Below, one piece after another: positions 1 through 12,800 of a stretch of 64,000 nt of DNA; position 1 is the first letter of the stretch, and each line of letters begins with the position of its first letter. The DNA lies in contig NC_092676.1 in assembly GCF_964355755.1 (NCBI RefSeq), positions 7,727,888 through 7,791,887 of the forward strand, read 5' to 3'. The position numbers and the translations under genes are program-made. Origin of the DNA: Antedon mediterranea (lineage: Eukaryota; Animalia; Echinodermata). The notes below the pieces were generated by a model, which ran no database searches, had not been told where the DNA came from, and worked only from the letters and a program-made list of their open reading frames with translations.

Positions 1-60
1 AACAAAAATCAGTGGTTCTACAGTGGTACGAGATGTACTGCTGAGAATAAAACAGTATAA

Positions 61-162
61 AGCTTGGTTCTTCCAGCGACAAACGCAATGACGTAGACGC
101 AACGCAAGCGAGTTGACCAATGACAAGCGACAGTTCGAATACGTTGCGTTGTGGGAACCAAG
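61..162. mobile_element. Deleted copy of the 12133-12311 MITE family
   Basis: gcttggttc...acgcaacgcaagcg..gaccaatgacaagcga...gaaccaagc. Confidence 0.72.
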
Positions 163-325
163 CATATTTCTTCCATCTTCAATGAGAAATCTACCAATTA
201 CATCAGACATTTTGTTTTAAAATGCTTAATAAAACAGACATATGGAACAATACCGTATAGGCCTGGATGTTGTAGACTCGGTTTGAAACAGCTAGGGTGA
301 GTAACCGACACGGAGTTGGTAACAT

Positions 326-628
326 GAATTGAATTGAATTGAATTGAAATATATATTTATACTGGGTAACCTCTTCAGTCAAAGACTCGTCTCCCAGAGG
401 GCCCAGTTGGTGATCAGTGGCTGTGGTGTACTAATACACCGGGGTAACCCCCTACTCGTCTCGAAAGATGTACTAGGTTCTTTAAAGTGCACACGAGCTA
501 GATGTGTACACTGGACCTACGGTTTATAGTCCTTATCCGAGAAGACTCGTTCTACCACCAGAACCATGGAGTGAGTGAGCCTCGAACCCATGCCGTTGTT
601 ATGGCTACGTAATTACGGTTCCACTGTT
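326..628 (-). mobile_element. tRNA-derived SINE (5'-truncated) with Deu/Nin-like central domain and (AATTC)n tail
   Basis: The minus strand has B-box-like gggttcgag and ctcggataaggactataaaccgtaggtcc...gcactttaaagaacc. Homologous copies at ~28045-28290 (+) and ~30290-30530 (-). The domain name is recalled, not verified. Confidence 0.78.
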
Positions 629-2504
629 TTTTTACATTGTGTCTACCTATTCCAGAATTAAGCATAATTTACAAAAATAAAAAGATGATGGTTGCATGAT
701 ATTTATTGTCACAAGCCATATAACACTGTTTTTATATCGGATTTCAAGCCTTATTCAATTCATAAATTGAATTGATTGAATAAAGTGTTCCAACTGTTCA
801 TATTATCTTCGACAATGGAATGAGTCTATTAGAGAAATCCATTACAACAATAGGATTAAGTTCTATAATGTTCGTACAAATAGTTCTGAAGTTTGTGACT
901 ATACTGCTCAAATTCTCCTGAAAACGTGTATATTGGACTCCTCCCACGTCACCACAACATGTGGTTATATAAAGTGTTTGAAAGTCAAACGTCAGGTAAG
1001 GTCAAGAATTAACTAAGATAACTTAAGTGGATTTAATACAAAGAAAACGATTTTGAAATATTTCCAATTTTAGAATAATACCCGGTAAAATATAGACAAA
1101 AAAATCAACTATAATAAAGGAAAGAATCAGGATTTTTACCGCTAAGGCTAATCTCAATTTTTACAATACTTAGGCCTAGTTTTAATAATTCTTTTTTACA
1201 GGATTCAGAAGTATGAATGCTAATGAGATCAGTCTGTAAAACTGGAGCATTTTAAGCATCCTATTATTAGGTTTAATCGTATATTTAGGACGGATTAAAG
1301 AAGAAATATCTATACTGAGTTTCATTCTATTGCTCCAAGTCTGTAATTATTGTGTTTTTTTATGTTAGTCCACCCGTCAGCGTTTCGATTTTTGGCTGAA
1401 AATACAAAAATTATGAGCTTAAGTATTATACGTATGAAACGTCATATGTGCCGAAATATTTAACTTGTTAATAATTTCGGTTATATCATTTACTGTAGGA
1501 CTTCTCCTTCGGAACAACGCTCACGATATTATTACAACGTATTAATTAATCTAAGTTAATTACCGTTAGGGGTACTTTGCATTACTTTATTTATGTTCTT
1601 GTTCAGTGGCTACGGACTTGTCAACTAATTGTAAAAAGAATATCTATGTAAATACTTTAAAATATTAATTAATAAATAGACTAACTAATAGAATTGTGTC
1701 TATAATGGGGTGTGAAAGTTGTCGTATTCGATTAGGAACTTTCGTAGTCAAAATAAAGATTCCTTGAGTACTAGACAGTATTGGAATGGTAAACGTAAAC
1801 GGATTGTGCTCAACAGAAACTTCATTCGAATAGAACATGTTAACAACGCAAGCTTGTTCGTTCAGAACAATCTTAACGCTCAAAATACTTCGTTAAATAA
1901 GTACTCAACGGAAAAACTATACTCAACGGCAAAAGTCCTAATCGAATACGACAATCGACTCCCAGATGATTTTGTTGTTTGCTATTTGTTTTGTAGCCTA
2001 AATATACATATTATGTTGATGTTTGCTGACTTTGGTGGAAATACTAGTTGAGTTGAATCACAAATAAAGGGCACCTGTCACTAGATACATTATTAACTGA
2101 CAATCGACAGTCCATTGGATACAAGTCTAGGTGTATTAAATTCTTTTAATGCGTGTGAAGTGAGCGAGGAGAAGGAATACATTTGTCAACATTCGGACAA
2201 CCCTTATTATTAAGAAGAAAACCTACTTTAATCACCTCTGTATCAAAATGATTAAAACGACATTGACACGTCACGTTAACCAGATCCTAAGCCACAAAGG
2301 GGGACAGTTATTAAATATTTATTTATGCACTATTATTTTGTTTTTTCTTCTTGGTTGATAAATATTATATAATTTATCAACAATGAAGATTTACATTGAA
2401 AATGAGGGAGAATTTCGAAAATAAATATCTAGGATTATCATAAACTAAAATATAGTGTTATCCTTTACACTGGATACGGTATTTGAGAGAATTTATAACA
2501 ATAG

Positions 2505-2554
2505 GGCCTAAAGCGCCTTGAGCACTCTGGAGTGGTATGTGCGCTATAAAAATC

Positions 2555-2590
<36 letters not shown>
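2505..2590 (+). repeat. L2/CR1-type retroelement 3' tail with (TTA)n microsatellite
   Basis: aaagcgccttgagcac...gcgctataaaaatc followed by about 12 TTA; similar tails near 8130-8170, 14020-14090 and 30205. Confidence 0.6.
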
Positions 2591-2591
<1 letters not shown>

Positions 2592-3966
2592 ATAGGTATC
2601 TATGGTAAATAAGCCACCATGATCCTAAAAATTCGTTATTAAGTTTATATTTAAATATCAAATGGATGAGAGAAGAGACAATTACAACCCCTCAAAATAT
2701 CAAGATATAAACGAAATTAATACTTTGATCCATGAAATTCGTTTTAAGTTTGCATTTGTATTTAAGATGGAGAGAGTCTGGCAGCCTACAAAATCAATGG
2801 ATAATCGTTATAATCGTTTGCATTAGCGGATAAGAGGATAAGATCTTAAAAGAAACAATTCTACATTTTAATTAAAGTATTCATTAATCCTATTCACAAT
2901 GATTTGAGTTCCTGTGGCCCAACGTTTGATAAATATTTTTATTATATTTTGCTGAATTGGAGTTCATTGAGGTTGTTTACCTTCATGGTTGTATTGTATT
3001 GTTTAGGAAGAGACAAGTTCGGAAAAAATAAAATATCTTTAATTAATCCGTTTTTAAACGGAGAATTGATATTTTAATTAAACTATAAAACGCTTGAGTT
3101 AATTAATTAAGTTGCGAGGACACTGTGGCTGACAGGTAGGAAGTGTTTGTAATAAAGGATAGATGAATCTACTATTAGTATTAGTTAAGTGGTTATTTAG
3201 TATTTAGGTGTAATATCGTCGAGTTGTTTGTATCAGACTAGGAGGTCAGGGCTACCGTGAGTCCAAGTGGATTAATTTTGAAAAACATCTTTTATTAGTC
3301 GAATCATAAACTAAGTTCACAAAATACCTATAGAATGATAAATTAATTATAAGCTATTAAACAATTTCGATATTTTAATTTAAAATTAAATCTGAGAACG
3401 AAAGGCACGGTCGCTTTTTTACAATAAACAATATAACTCGTCAATTAATTTGGTTTAAAAATGATGATGAAAGAAGCACACACTCCGTCGGTAAGAATCT
3501 GTAATCTATTTTTTAGGGTAGATGGGGAGGGGGGGAGGTGGGGTGGAGAGGTTAATTCATGAGAAATTAGTATTTGGTAAGAGCTGAACTCAACCTAATG
3601 TGTTCTATCTTTTGCATTGTAATTTCGAAACATTTAGGGGGATTTTGAGAGTCGAAATTTGGAATATGAAAAAAAGACAATGTTTGCTGCCCTCTACAGC
3701 TCGACATAACGAGAAAACTTTCCACAAGTCACTATCCAGTATGCCAAAACTAAAGTTGGAAACAGGAAAAGATTACGATATATGACACAAATACACTTAA
3801 ATCATCGAAATGAAGGAATGTCACTACACAGTGAGTAATCTAAAATGAAACTAACAAACTAACATGCTGTACATTTAATGCATTAAAATATGTTAATTGA
3901 AAGCATAATTAGACTGCGAAAAGTAAAACTAAAGAACATAAAAGAAGCAAATTATCGGGGTTTTAT

Positions 3967-4383
3967 CAAAGAACTTATAACACAAGAATCTCTTGTTCGT
4001 CCGAAGCGCGTAACAATTTCGAAAGGCATTGTGGGATAGAATAGAGCTATGGGTGGCGCCATTGTGAGCCATGGAGTAGGGCGCCCGCATCAAATTAGAA
4101 AGTCAAAATCATAGAGGGGATCTGCTAATGCTCTAGGGGGGGGGGGGGATAGAGTAATTGACTGAGGAGTAGGGCGCCCGCATCAAATTAGAAAGTCAAA
4201 ATCATAGAGGGGATCTGCTAATACTCTAGGGGGGTAGAGTAATTGACTTCCTAGTTTGGAGGGGGCGCTGCTCCCATGCTGTGAAATGGCGTCGCCCAGT
4301 TTGACCTTTTAACCCTGTACTTCCGATACTGTGTTTTGAATGCAAATTGAAGAACAGGAGATTCTTGTGTTATAAGTTCTTTG
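3967..4383. mobile_element. Non-autonomous DNA transposon, ~32-bp TIRs, 7-bp TSD (P-element-like by termini)
   Basis: Left caaagaacttataacacaagaatctcttgttc, right gaacaggagattcttgtgttataagttctttg; GTTTTAT at 3960-3966 and 4384-4390; internal ~92-bp tandem duplication. Confidence 0.85.
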
Positions 4384-6166
4384 GTTTTATCTGGTTTGGG
4401 AGAAACAAAGAGAATCTTTTCATAGCTTTCTTGTAGTTCCTGTGGGGTGTGTATACAGTGTTTCTTTTATACCTTAGCTTTCGTTTTGTGTAAACCATGC
4501 AAAATCTGTTCACATACAGGTATTATTCTATTTATGTCTCAATGGAATTATCACAATAATTACTTTCATGATACAAAAATAGTTTCATTCAATAAAGTTT
4601 CATTTATTTAACAACTAAATTTACATATTTCCTATTGTTATAATAAATGTCACATTTAATTTTACACATTTACATATCCGGCAGATATTTCTGTACACAA
4701 AGTGGCTTGGCTTAAATATAAGAGTGTTGAAAGTGGAAAATTCTCATGCGGTGTTTTCTGTTTTGCATCTTCTATGAATATTCATAATATCTATGAATAT
4801 TCATAACATTAATCTGCTAATCAATAGCTTAAGGAGTTCAAATCTCCCTAGCTTACCATAAAAAATGGCATCATGTGTTACAGCTCTTTTGACGTTCATT
4901 CCAGTTCTGTATCCAGTTGAGTTTAAAAAATCGTATCCTGTGTCACAGTTCAAATCTTTCCTTGTTGAACGTGACCAATCAGATACAAGTCTGTTATCAT
5001 GTCATCGTACTGTAACCCAGCAACCGCTAGTGCAGAAACTCCAAAAACAGAATGACATTTGAACTTCTTGAAGAGCCTTCATCAATATTCACAATATAAT
5101 TAAATCAGTCCTTTGAATATTCATAGAAAACTAACATTATGTTAATATTTCTACAGATAAGAAATATATACAATATGTTAGTAAACATACCAAATATCTG
5201 TACAGACAATTTTCTTGACTATATTTTTATACTAATAAATTTCAGAGAGATAAAATAAAATATCATTTTCAAATATAATAAATAAACCTATATACTACTA
5301 CAATAATAGCAATACTGATGATAATTGTACAATAATAAAATAATTTTAGCAATATAAATCAGTCGGGATGAAAAGGACATTACAGCAAATAACACTTTTT
5401 CTCAATTCTCTCTCTGTTTAAAATATACTAATTCTTGATTTGGGATTAATAGTTTGCAGTTTAATGCCCAATAATCACAGCAGACAAATGTAATTTTTGC
5501 ATACAGCTATTTAGGACACTTTCACTATCCTCTCTTGCATATTATTTAAAATGTGTAAATAAACATGCTAGGGTGCATCATAGAGATATTACAGTGAATT
5601 ATATCTATATGGGTGAATACAGGGATAGTAAACATTTAGCTCTAAATCCTAATGTTCCTGTCAAAATAGAGTACAAATTTAACATTAACAAAATAAAATC
5701 TAAGAAACAGTTTGAGTGAGAAATGTTTTAAAAAATTGCTTAAATCTCAATAATTGCAGATTTTGCCAAAATAAACCTTATCTGTAACATTATAACCTCC
5801 CACCCCCTCCCCTCAATGCAATGTATGCCCAAACTACCCATTGGAAGAATAGTAATTCATCTATAATATAGTGTGTATACATCACCATGTAAGTTTTACG
5901 CAACCGTATATTATTTGAAGAGATACCTTACTACAAGTATTTGTTGATATACATAAATGAATCCAAATACATTGTATAATATTATAAATAAGCATAAATA
6001 AATGATAAATTTATAAAAATTGGCTGTATGTAGAAAATTCAACTCAATATAAATATATATTATATAATATTAAAAAAAACATAAGGGTGATCAAACCATA
6101 GTGTCTGTTCGGGGCTTCTTCAACAAGTGTGCGTTTAGAACACATACTTGTTGCAGGGCTGACTAT

Positions 6167-6450
6167 AGCTACTTTCACATCGCACCTAGATTTGGTCCGG
6201 TGCCTTGAGGAAAATATTGCAAGCATTGAGCGTGCTTTAACGGTTATCCAGTGTAAAACAAGGTCATCCATTCTCACTGTTGATTTGTCAAATAAAAAAA
6301 TGGTACAATTTAAAAACAAATGGCAGAATCAGGTATGGATTTAAATCATACGGTTTTGGTGTGAACAATCCTATTTTACCACTGAATTCATTTTCCATGA
6401 TATTTTTCTCAGGGCACCGAACCGAATCCGGGCATAGTGTGAAAGCAGCT
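6167..6450. mobile_element. Second copy of the agctgctttcaca MITE family
   Basis: agctactttcacat...gtgtgaaagcagct; internal similarity to 33301-33600. Confidence 0.75.
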
Positions 6451-6806
6451 TAAATCTGTACTATTTCAAGATGTATTGTCCCCCAAAAACATGAAAAATG
6501 AACACTAATATATTCAGACTTTGAATATGCCATTTTGTAGTTAATAATTTCCATAGAAAAAAAAAAAACATTTTCACAACCAAAAACCCATTGGCTGGCA
6601 GCCAATTTGACTATTTTTTGCTTAAATTAGTTTTTTCAGGTAAATAATTTTTTTCAGATCCAACTTTTGGTCAAAGTGACTCTTATGTGACATTAAAATG
6701 GCAAATTCAACAAAAAAAATTGTAAAAATTATTTTTTCAAGCGGACAATACATCTTTAAATCATGCTTGGCAAAAATAAAAATATCGGCCTAACCCAATC
6801 TAATTA

Positions 6807-9800
6807 CTATAAAGCCAACAGATCGTTGTGATTTTCCAGTATACAATTCCTATCTGTCATCTCCTGCGAGACTCCGTTGTTTACAATATGGTTGTCAACG
6901 TCTGTTTTCTGAACATTACATGGCAAAATTTGAGGCTTGGTTCGACTTTCGGCCAGTCTGTAATTAAAGTATGAGTTACATTATTATATCTTTTTCATAA
7001 TACAGGAAAAACTAAGTACTATTAAAATACAAATGCATCAATTTGGGAAACATAATACAGTTTAGCAATGCTGAAAACCAACATAAAAAGGTTAATTTAA
7101 AACAAAAAATTATTCATTGACTTAGTTTATTCTATAGTAAGACTATGCAATAGATTGATATGCAAAGCATCAATCTGACTTTTAAGCCCTGTCTACACTA
7201 TCAAACTTTATGTGACAAAAAACTTTTTTTGTCACATAAAGTTTGATAGTGTAGACAGGGCTTAACACTATCTACATTTCTATTTGTACAGGTATACTGT
7301 TAATACTACAATAGCGAGCATTTGTGTGTGTGCTTGTTTACATGGAGTTTATTTTAAAATAAGAATGATTTCAGACACATGATTAAAAAAAAAGTAAATT
7401 ACAAAAAATACTGTAAAGCCCTTAATATCCTCATGACCTTAACTTGACCTTTGCGATGAGAAAACAATCATATTCAGTCTATTCATACTTTCTTATAGGA
7501 CAATAAAATCTCGGAAACAAACTTTATCCTTTAAAGCCCGGCGCACACTAGAGCTTCCGGCTGAGCCAACTGCCACGAGTAACACTTGCCTCACAGTGTG
7601 CGCCGGGGATTTCGTGAGGAATCGGCCACGCGTGCCGCTGAGGAAAATATCTATCGTGTTTAATATTTTTTGGCACGCGTGCCATTTTCCTCAAGTGTGC
7701 GCCGAACGTGAGCTTCCTGCTCACTAAAAAATTCCACTGCGCATGACATGTTCTGATTTATTATGATATTTCAGCGCGTGCTGTATAGCGTAGTAAGTAA
7801 TTATCCAATCAGAAAATCGCGTACTCAAGGCGTTTAGTGTGCGTCCGATAGAACGCGAAAATAGTTTGCGGCAAATTTTTTAGTGAGCCAAGTGTTACTC
7901 GTGCCAGTTGGCTCAGCCGAAAGCTCTAGTGTGCGCCGAAAGCTCTAGTGTGCGCCGGGCTTTAGGAACGGGGAAGGTGGGCACTCCTTGAAGCTACCTT
8001 TCTTTTAACCATGAATAACATTAATTTATTTTTTATTCATTTGGCATGAGTCGCCTAAAGGAGGAACCTACTGTCGCCTGAAAACTATAGAGTTGAATTC
8101 AACATTATATATAATATAATGTGATATTTATATAGCGCTATTTTGTAAAGATCAGGGCGCTTTGAGTGATTATTAAAACTATCTAGACTCTGAGCAGAAA
8201 TAGGCTAACGAAAGACAACCCAATAATGACAACAACAACAAAAACTTGCATGATCATGAAAAGGCGTAATAAATGTATTTTTCGTTTTCTTTTTATAATC
8301 TTAACTTACTTTGAAAAACAGTCATCAAGATTAGAATCTTTGAAATTCTACGAGAGAAAAAATTCAGCTTTAAAGTTTTACGTTTATAAAGCAAAATGCA
8401 TGAAAAGTACCACCAATGCAATAGTATGATAAAAGAGAAAAGATGACGCCACCTATACATTGTCCCATGCGATTTAGATTGATGAAGTTAAAATTAAGGG
8501 TTAAGAATGTTGTTCGTGCAGTTAATATATTTTTTAAATAAATAAATAAGTATTAATAAACAATCATGCAAGTCTACCAGTTATAACAACTATTCTTGTG
8601 TGAAATATGTACTTATTTTATAGAGGAATTTACAGACGGTAACAAATGTGAACCAGTGAAATAAACAAAAACCTCCCTAAGTTTATAGAGGGCAGTATAT
8701 CTATAATATAATTAATCTCCATCTATACCATCAAACTAGAAACTAAAAAGTTCCCAAATATGGTGTTGATGCCCAAATATGGTAGTGGTATGACATCATC
8801 ATGTCCATATATGGGCACATCACATTTTTGTTGTCACATAAAGTTTGATAGTGTAGACAGAGCTTTTAACTTTTGATGTTCCTAATAAATGAAATGGAGT
8901 AGAGGAGTTGTAACTTGGTGGTTAACATGCTTGCCTTCCTATCCCAGGTCCTGGGTTCAATCCTAACCTAATGCAAGGGTAAACTCACGACTCTTTCAAC
9001 TCCACTCCCTAAGCCACAAATTAGACTTAGTTTATAAGCATGATAAATTATAAAATAGTTTATCCATCCTGAAAATTGACGAGTTGCTAGTTGTTGAATA
9101 CGTATGAAATAAAAAATAATTTAAAAAAATGGAAAAATATAGTTCAATTGTGTTGTAGTATATGATGTGCTCAAAATTAGTTTCTTTTTCTTTATTAATT
9201 GTTTGGTTATAAAGATTTGATTACTTACAATGAAAGATGATATGATAGATGAACTATAAATAGGCTAGTTAATTGGTTTTAAAATATAATGTAAATACGC
9301 TTAATAATGTAATCAATTAGTTTTATCACATGAGTTAGATATAATTAATTGATCCGATAGTGAAACCTTACTCACAAAATAGAATGCAAATACACTTAAT
9401 TGCTCATAATTAGAACTTGTCAAGTTAAATAACCAAAAACCCGAGTGTGCAATAATATTTTAGTTTAATTGACGTTCATTAAAAGACTTTCGTCATGAGA
9501 CATCAACCAACGTTAATAAGAGAGTTTCCTGGCATGCATCGTACGATTCTTAAAAGTGCAACTGATTACCAAAATACAAACAGTCCAATGCTACGCCAGT
9601 ATGTCATTTAATGTGATTATATAGTTTAGCTTGAATTTTACGTCAGAATAGCTAAATGTGATTCATAGGCAGATAAAAGGGGCCGGGACCAGTTGGACTG
9701 GCACGCTAAATTTGTTTTAAAACTAGAAATGCAAAATGTAGAACATTAGGTTTGAAAGTGTCAGCATTTTTTTAAACAATTTCAAAATTCTAGATCAGCC

Positions 9801-12800
9801 ATGGCTTTCTAGCTTAATGTGAAAAGGAATTTATATATTATTACATATTGGAAATCATATAAATGACATAAAATTTTACACCAGACTGAGTAACTTTTAC
9901 CATGATTAAAGGTTAATATCAAAATAAGTTAGTCAATAGCAATATAATGTTAAGAATGATGACATTAATTGATAAAACATACACAATTATTAATATGAAT
10001 ATATAACATAGAGCAAAGAAAATGATGACAAACTTTTTAATATAAAATTGATACAAACAGTAAAGCACTGTCTACACTATCAAACTAAATTGACAAAAAA
10101 AGTCTGATGTTGCCAAATATGGTATTCATATGTTCAAATATGGTAGGTAGTGATATGACATCATCATGTCCATATATGGGCACACCACATAAAGTTTGAT
10201 AGTCACGTGTAGACAGAGTTTAATTTAAAAAGGAAGTTTATAAAAATATTATGAAACGTGTGACACAATTAATGAATCATAACAAAAATTAGTCACTTGG
10301 ATAAAAAAGGAAATGTTGGGTAAATGAAAGAACACTTAGGGAAGTTACTCACATTTCCCATTCATCAAGAAATGTTTTTTTTTTCTTGTTGTGCCTAGTA
10401 CACATAAACATTTGTGCCAAAAATAACTGAATGGGGTTCTGTCCCTGGGGTACCACGTTCAAAGGTAAAGAACCAATGTTAACATAGTACAAATTTATGG
10501 CAGTAGTAACTGTTAAAGATGTAATTGTCCCCCAAAAACATGAAAAATGAAAATCAATCAAATCAAACATTGGATTACTGTAGTTTGTAGTTCTAAAAAT
10601 GTAATCACTTCCGTAGAAAAAAAACGTGAAAAAATAATGTTTCGCTTATAAAATGACAAAATAAATGGATAAATTCAACCAAAATTGGCTTTTTTGTTTT
10701 GAATTACATTTTTTCAGGTAAATAAAATGTGTATTTCGATCAAATTTTTGGTCAAAGTGAATAACTAAGTGACATCAAAATGGCATATTAAACAAAAAAA
10801 TTATATTTTCAGGGAAGAATATATCTTTAACTTTAATCCTCTACTGTACCTGACAGTAAGAACCTCCATTTACAAGGACACAAGCATTCTGCAAGTAATT
10901 GACCAATCAGGACGTGATGGATCGTCCAAACTGTCGTTTATGATTGGTCAACTCACTTGCATTGTATCTGCTTTAATAATAAAACACTGTTCACATCATC
11001 TTACCAAGTCATTATTTGTTGGACTGCCATGCGTTTCGGCCGTCGTAACTATTGTTCTACTACCGGTATCGTGCCGTGAGTGGCCCGATCTTGATTGTGT
11101 TTGACGAGGGGGCGGAGGTGGAGGAGGCAAAGATGAAGGCGAGGTACATAACCTTGAGCTTGACGTACCTATGCAAAGAAAATTAATATTACAATTTGTT
11201 TAAATAAAAAATACACATTTTTATATAAATTATTCCTGAACAAAGTCATTTTCTAGCATTTGTGAATAGTATTTCTGTTACTATATTACAAACTTATATT
11301 TACAAATCATTTGCATAAAATCCCATTGCTATGCAGTAGTCTCAGCCACTATAGCAGTGGCGTAACGTAGAGGCCTGATATCCAAAGCTGGAGGCCTCTG
11401 GGGTGTTTAGCCTTTTCAACCGTATTTTATTGCCCATTTTTTCCTCTGGGCCTTCATAAGCTCCGGGGCCCCTGGGTTTAGCCAGGGAGCGCTCATAGCC
11501 CTTACGCCACTGCACTATAGGTGTATTCAACTGGCCACTTATGAACTCCTCAAGCTGCTCACAAAAGACCTACTTGCACTGCTCGTATAAAAGCAAGCTA
11601 GGAGTCTGACGAGTTAGATTTTATTTTATTTTATATATATATCTCCACAAAACATACCATTAACATTGATGGATAAATACGTTGAAACACCTTTATGTAA
11701 AGAGTTTTATCTGCTACATAAAAGGTAAACACTGACCTCTAGGGTTTCTTGGTGGTGGGTTTATTACTACATTTGAGGGCGATATTGGAGGTGATGCTCC
11801 TAATGAACTTTCAGCGTGGACTTGGCCATTTTCTGACGGACTTTGTCTACCAGGTATATTCAAAGGTGATGATACTGTTAAACTGGACACTGTAAAGAAC
11901 AACAAAAAAAACGTATGTTTTCAAAATGCTTATTGTTTTCTACTTTAGCCTCAAATATTTTTTTAAATTTTTTTTATATAGAATTTTTTATAAAATAATA
12001 TATTTATAGATTAGATAAATCATGTATGATTATACCAAATGTTCGAGTTAAAATCACGATTGTGAGGCATTTGATAAATAGACAAACTGACCTAAAATGT
12101 CTTGACATGTTTCGAGAAACAGAAAACAACAACGCCTGGTTCCCACTAGAACGTAACGCAAGGACGTAAACGCAACGCAAGCGTTTTAACCAATGACAAG
12201 CGAAGTTATAGACAGTTAGCAATCACAAGCGAATAAGCCATCGCTTGTGATTGGTCAATTCACTTGCGTTGCGTTACGTCCTTGTGTTGCGTCACTAGTG
12301 GAAACCACGCTTTATATACCAATAGGACAGGTTTTATGTAAATGAGGAAGTAATTAGCATGATAACAAAAAAAACAAGGATGTGGACAACAAACAATCAC
12401 ATGGCAAGCGTGATATATAGATTTGTTTGTTAATGATTAGTCATAGTATAATATTTAAATATATATCTCTTTGATTTTAGTATTTTACTTTTGTTTTAAA
12501 TAAAATATTTATTGATATTATAATTTATATTTCGGATTATTCATAATATATTATTTAAATATATATTTCTTTGCTTTTACGAATTAATAATAATATTACT
12601 ATAAACTTCTAATTTTACTGTTATGGATACGTTTTTATTAATCTGAAAATATCATGCGCATCAATTTTCAACAGAGCGTGCTCTTAAGTACTAGTAGCTG
12701 TCTGGCACATACAATATTTAGCTTGTATCAATCTCCAATTGGATATTGTATTGAACATGATAATTATACTACATTTGGCACGATGTCAATAATGCTTTAC

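Noticed and set aside
1665-2051. Overlapping short ORFs (72 and 110 aa)
   Set aside because: No recognisable motif or convincing splice context; non-ATG starts in AT-rich DNA.
10349-10400. FLDEWE followed by gtgagt as the missing LDLRAP1 exon
   Set aside because: The nearest acceptor gives a stop in the required phase; 8347-8310 fits both phase and motif.
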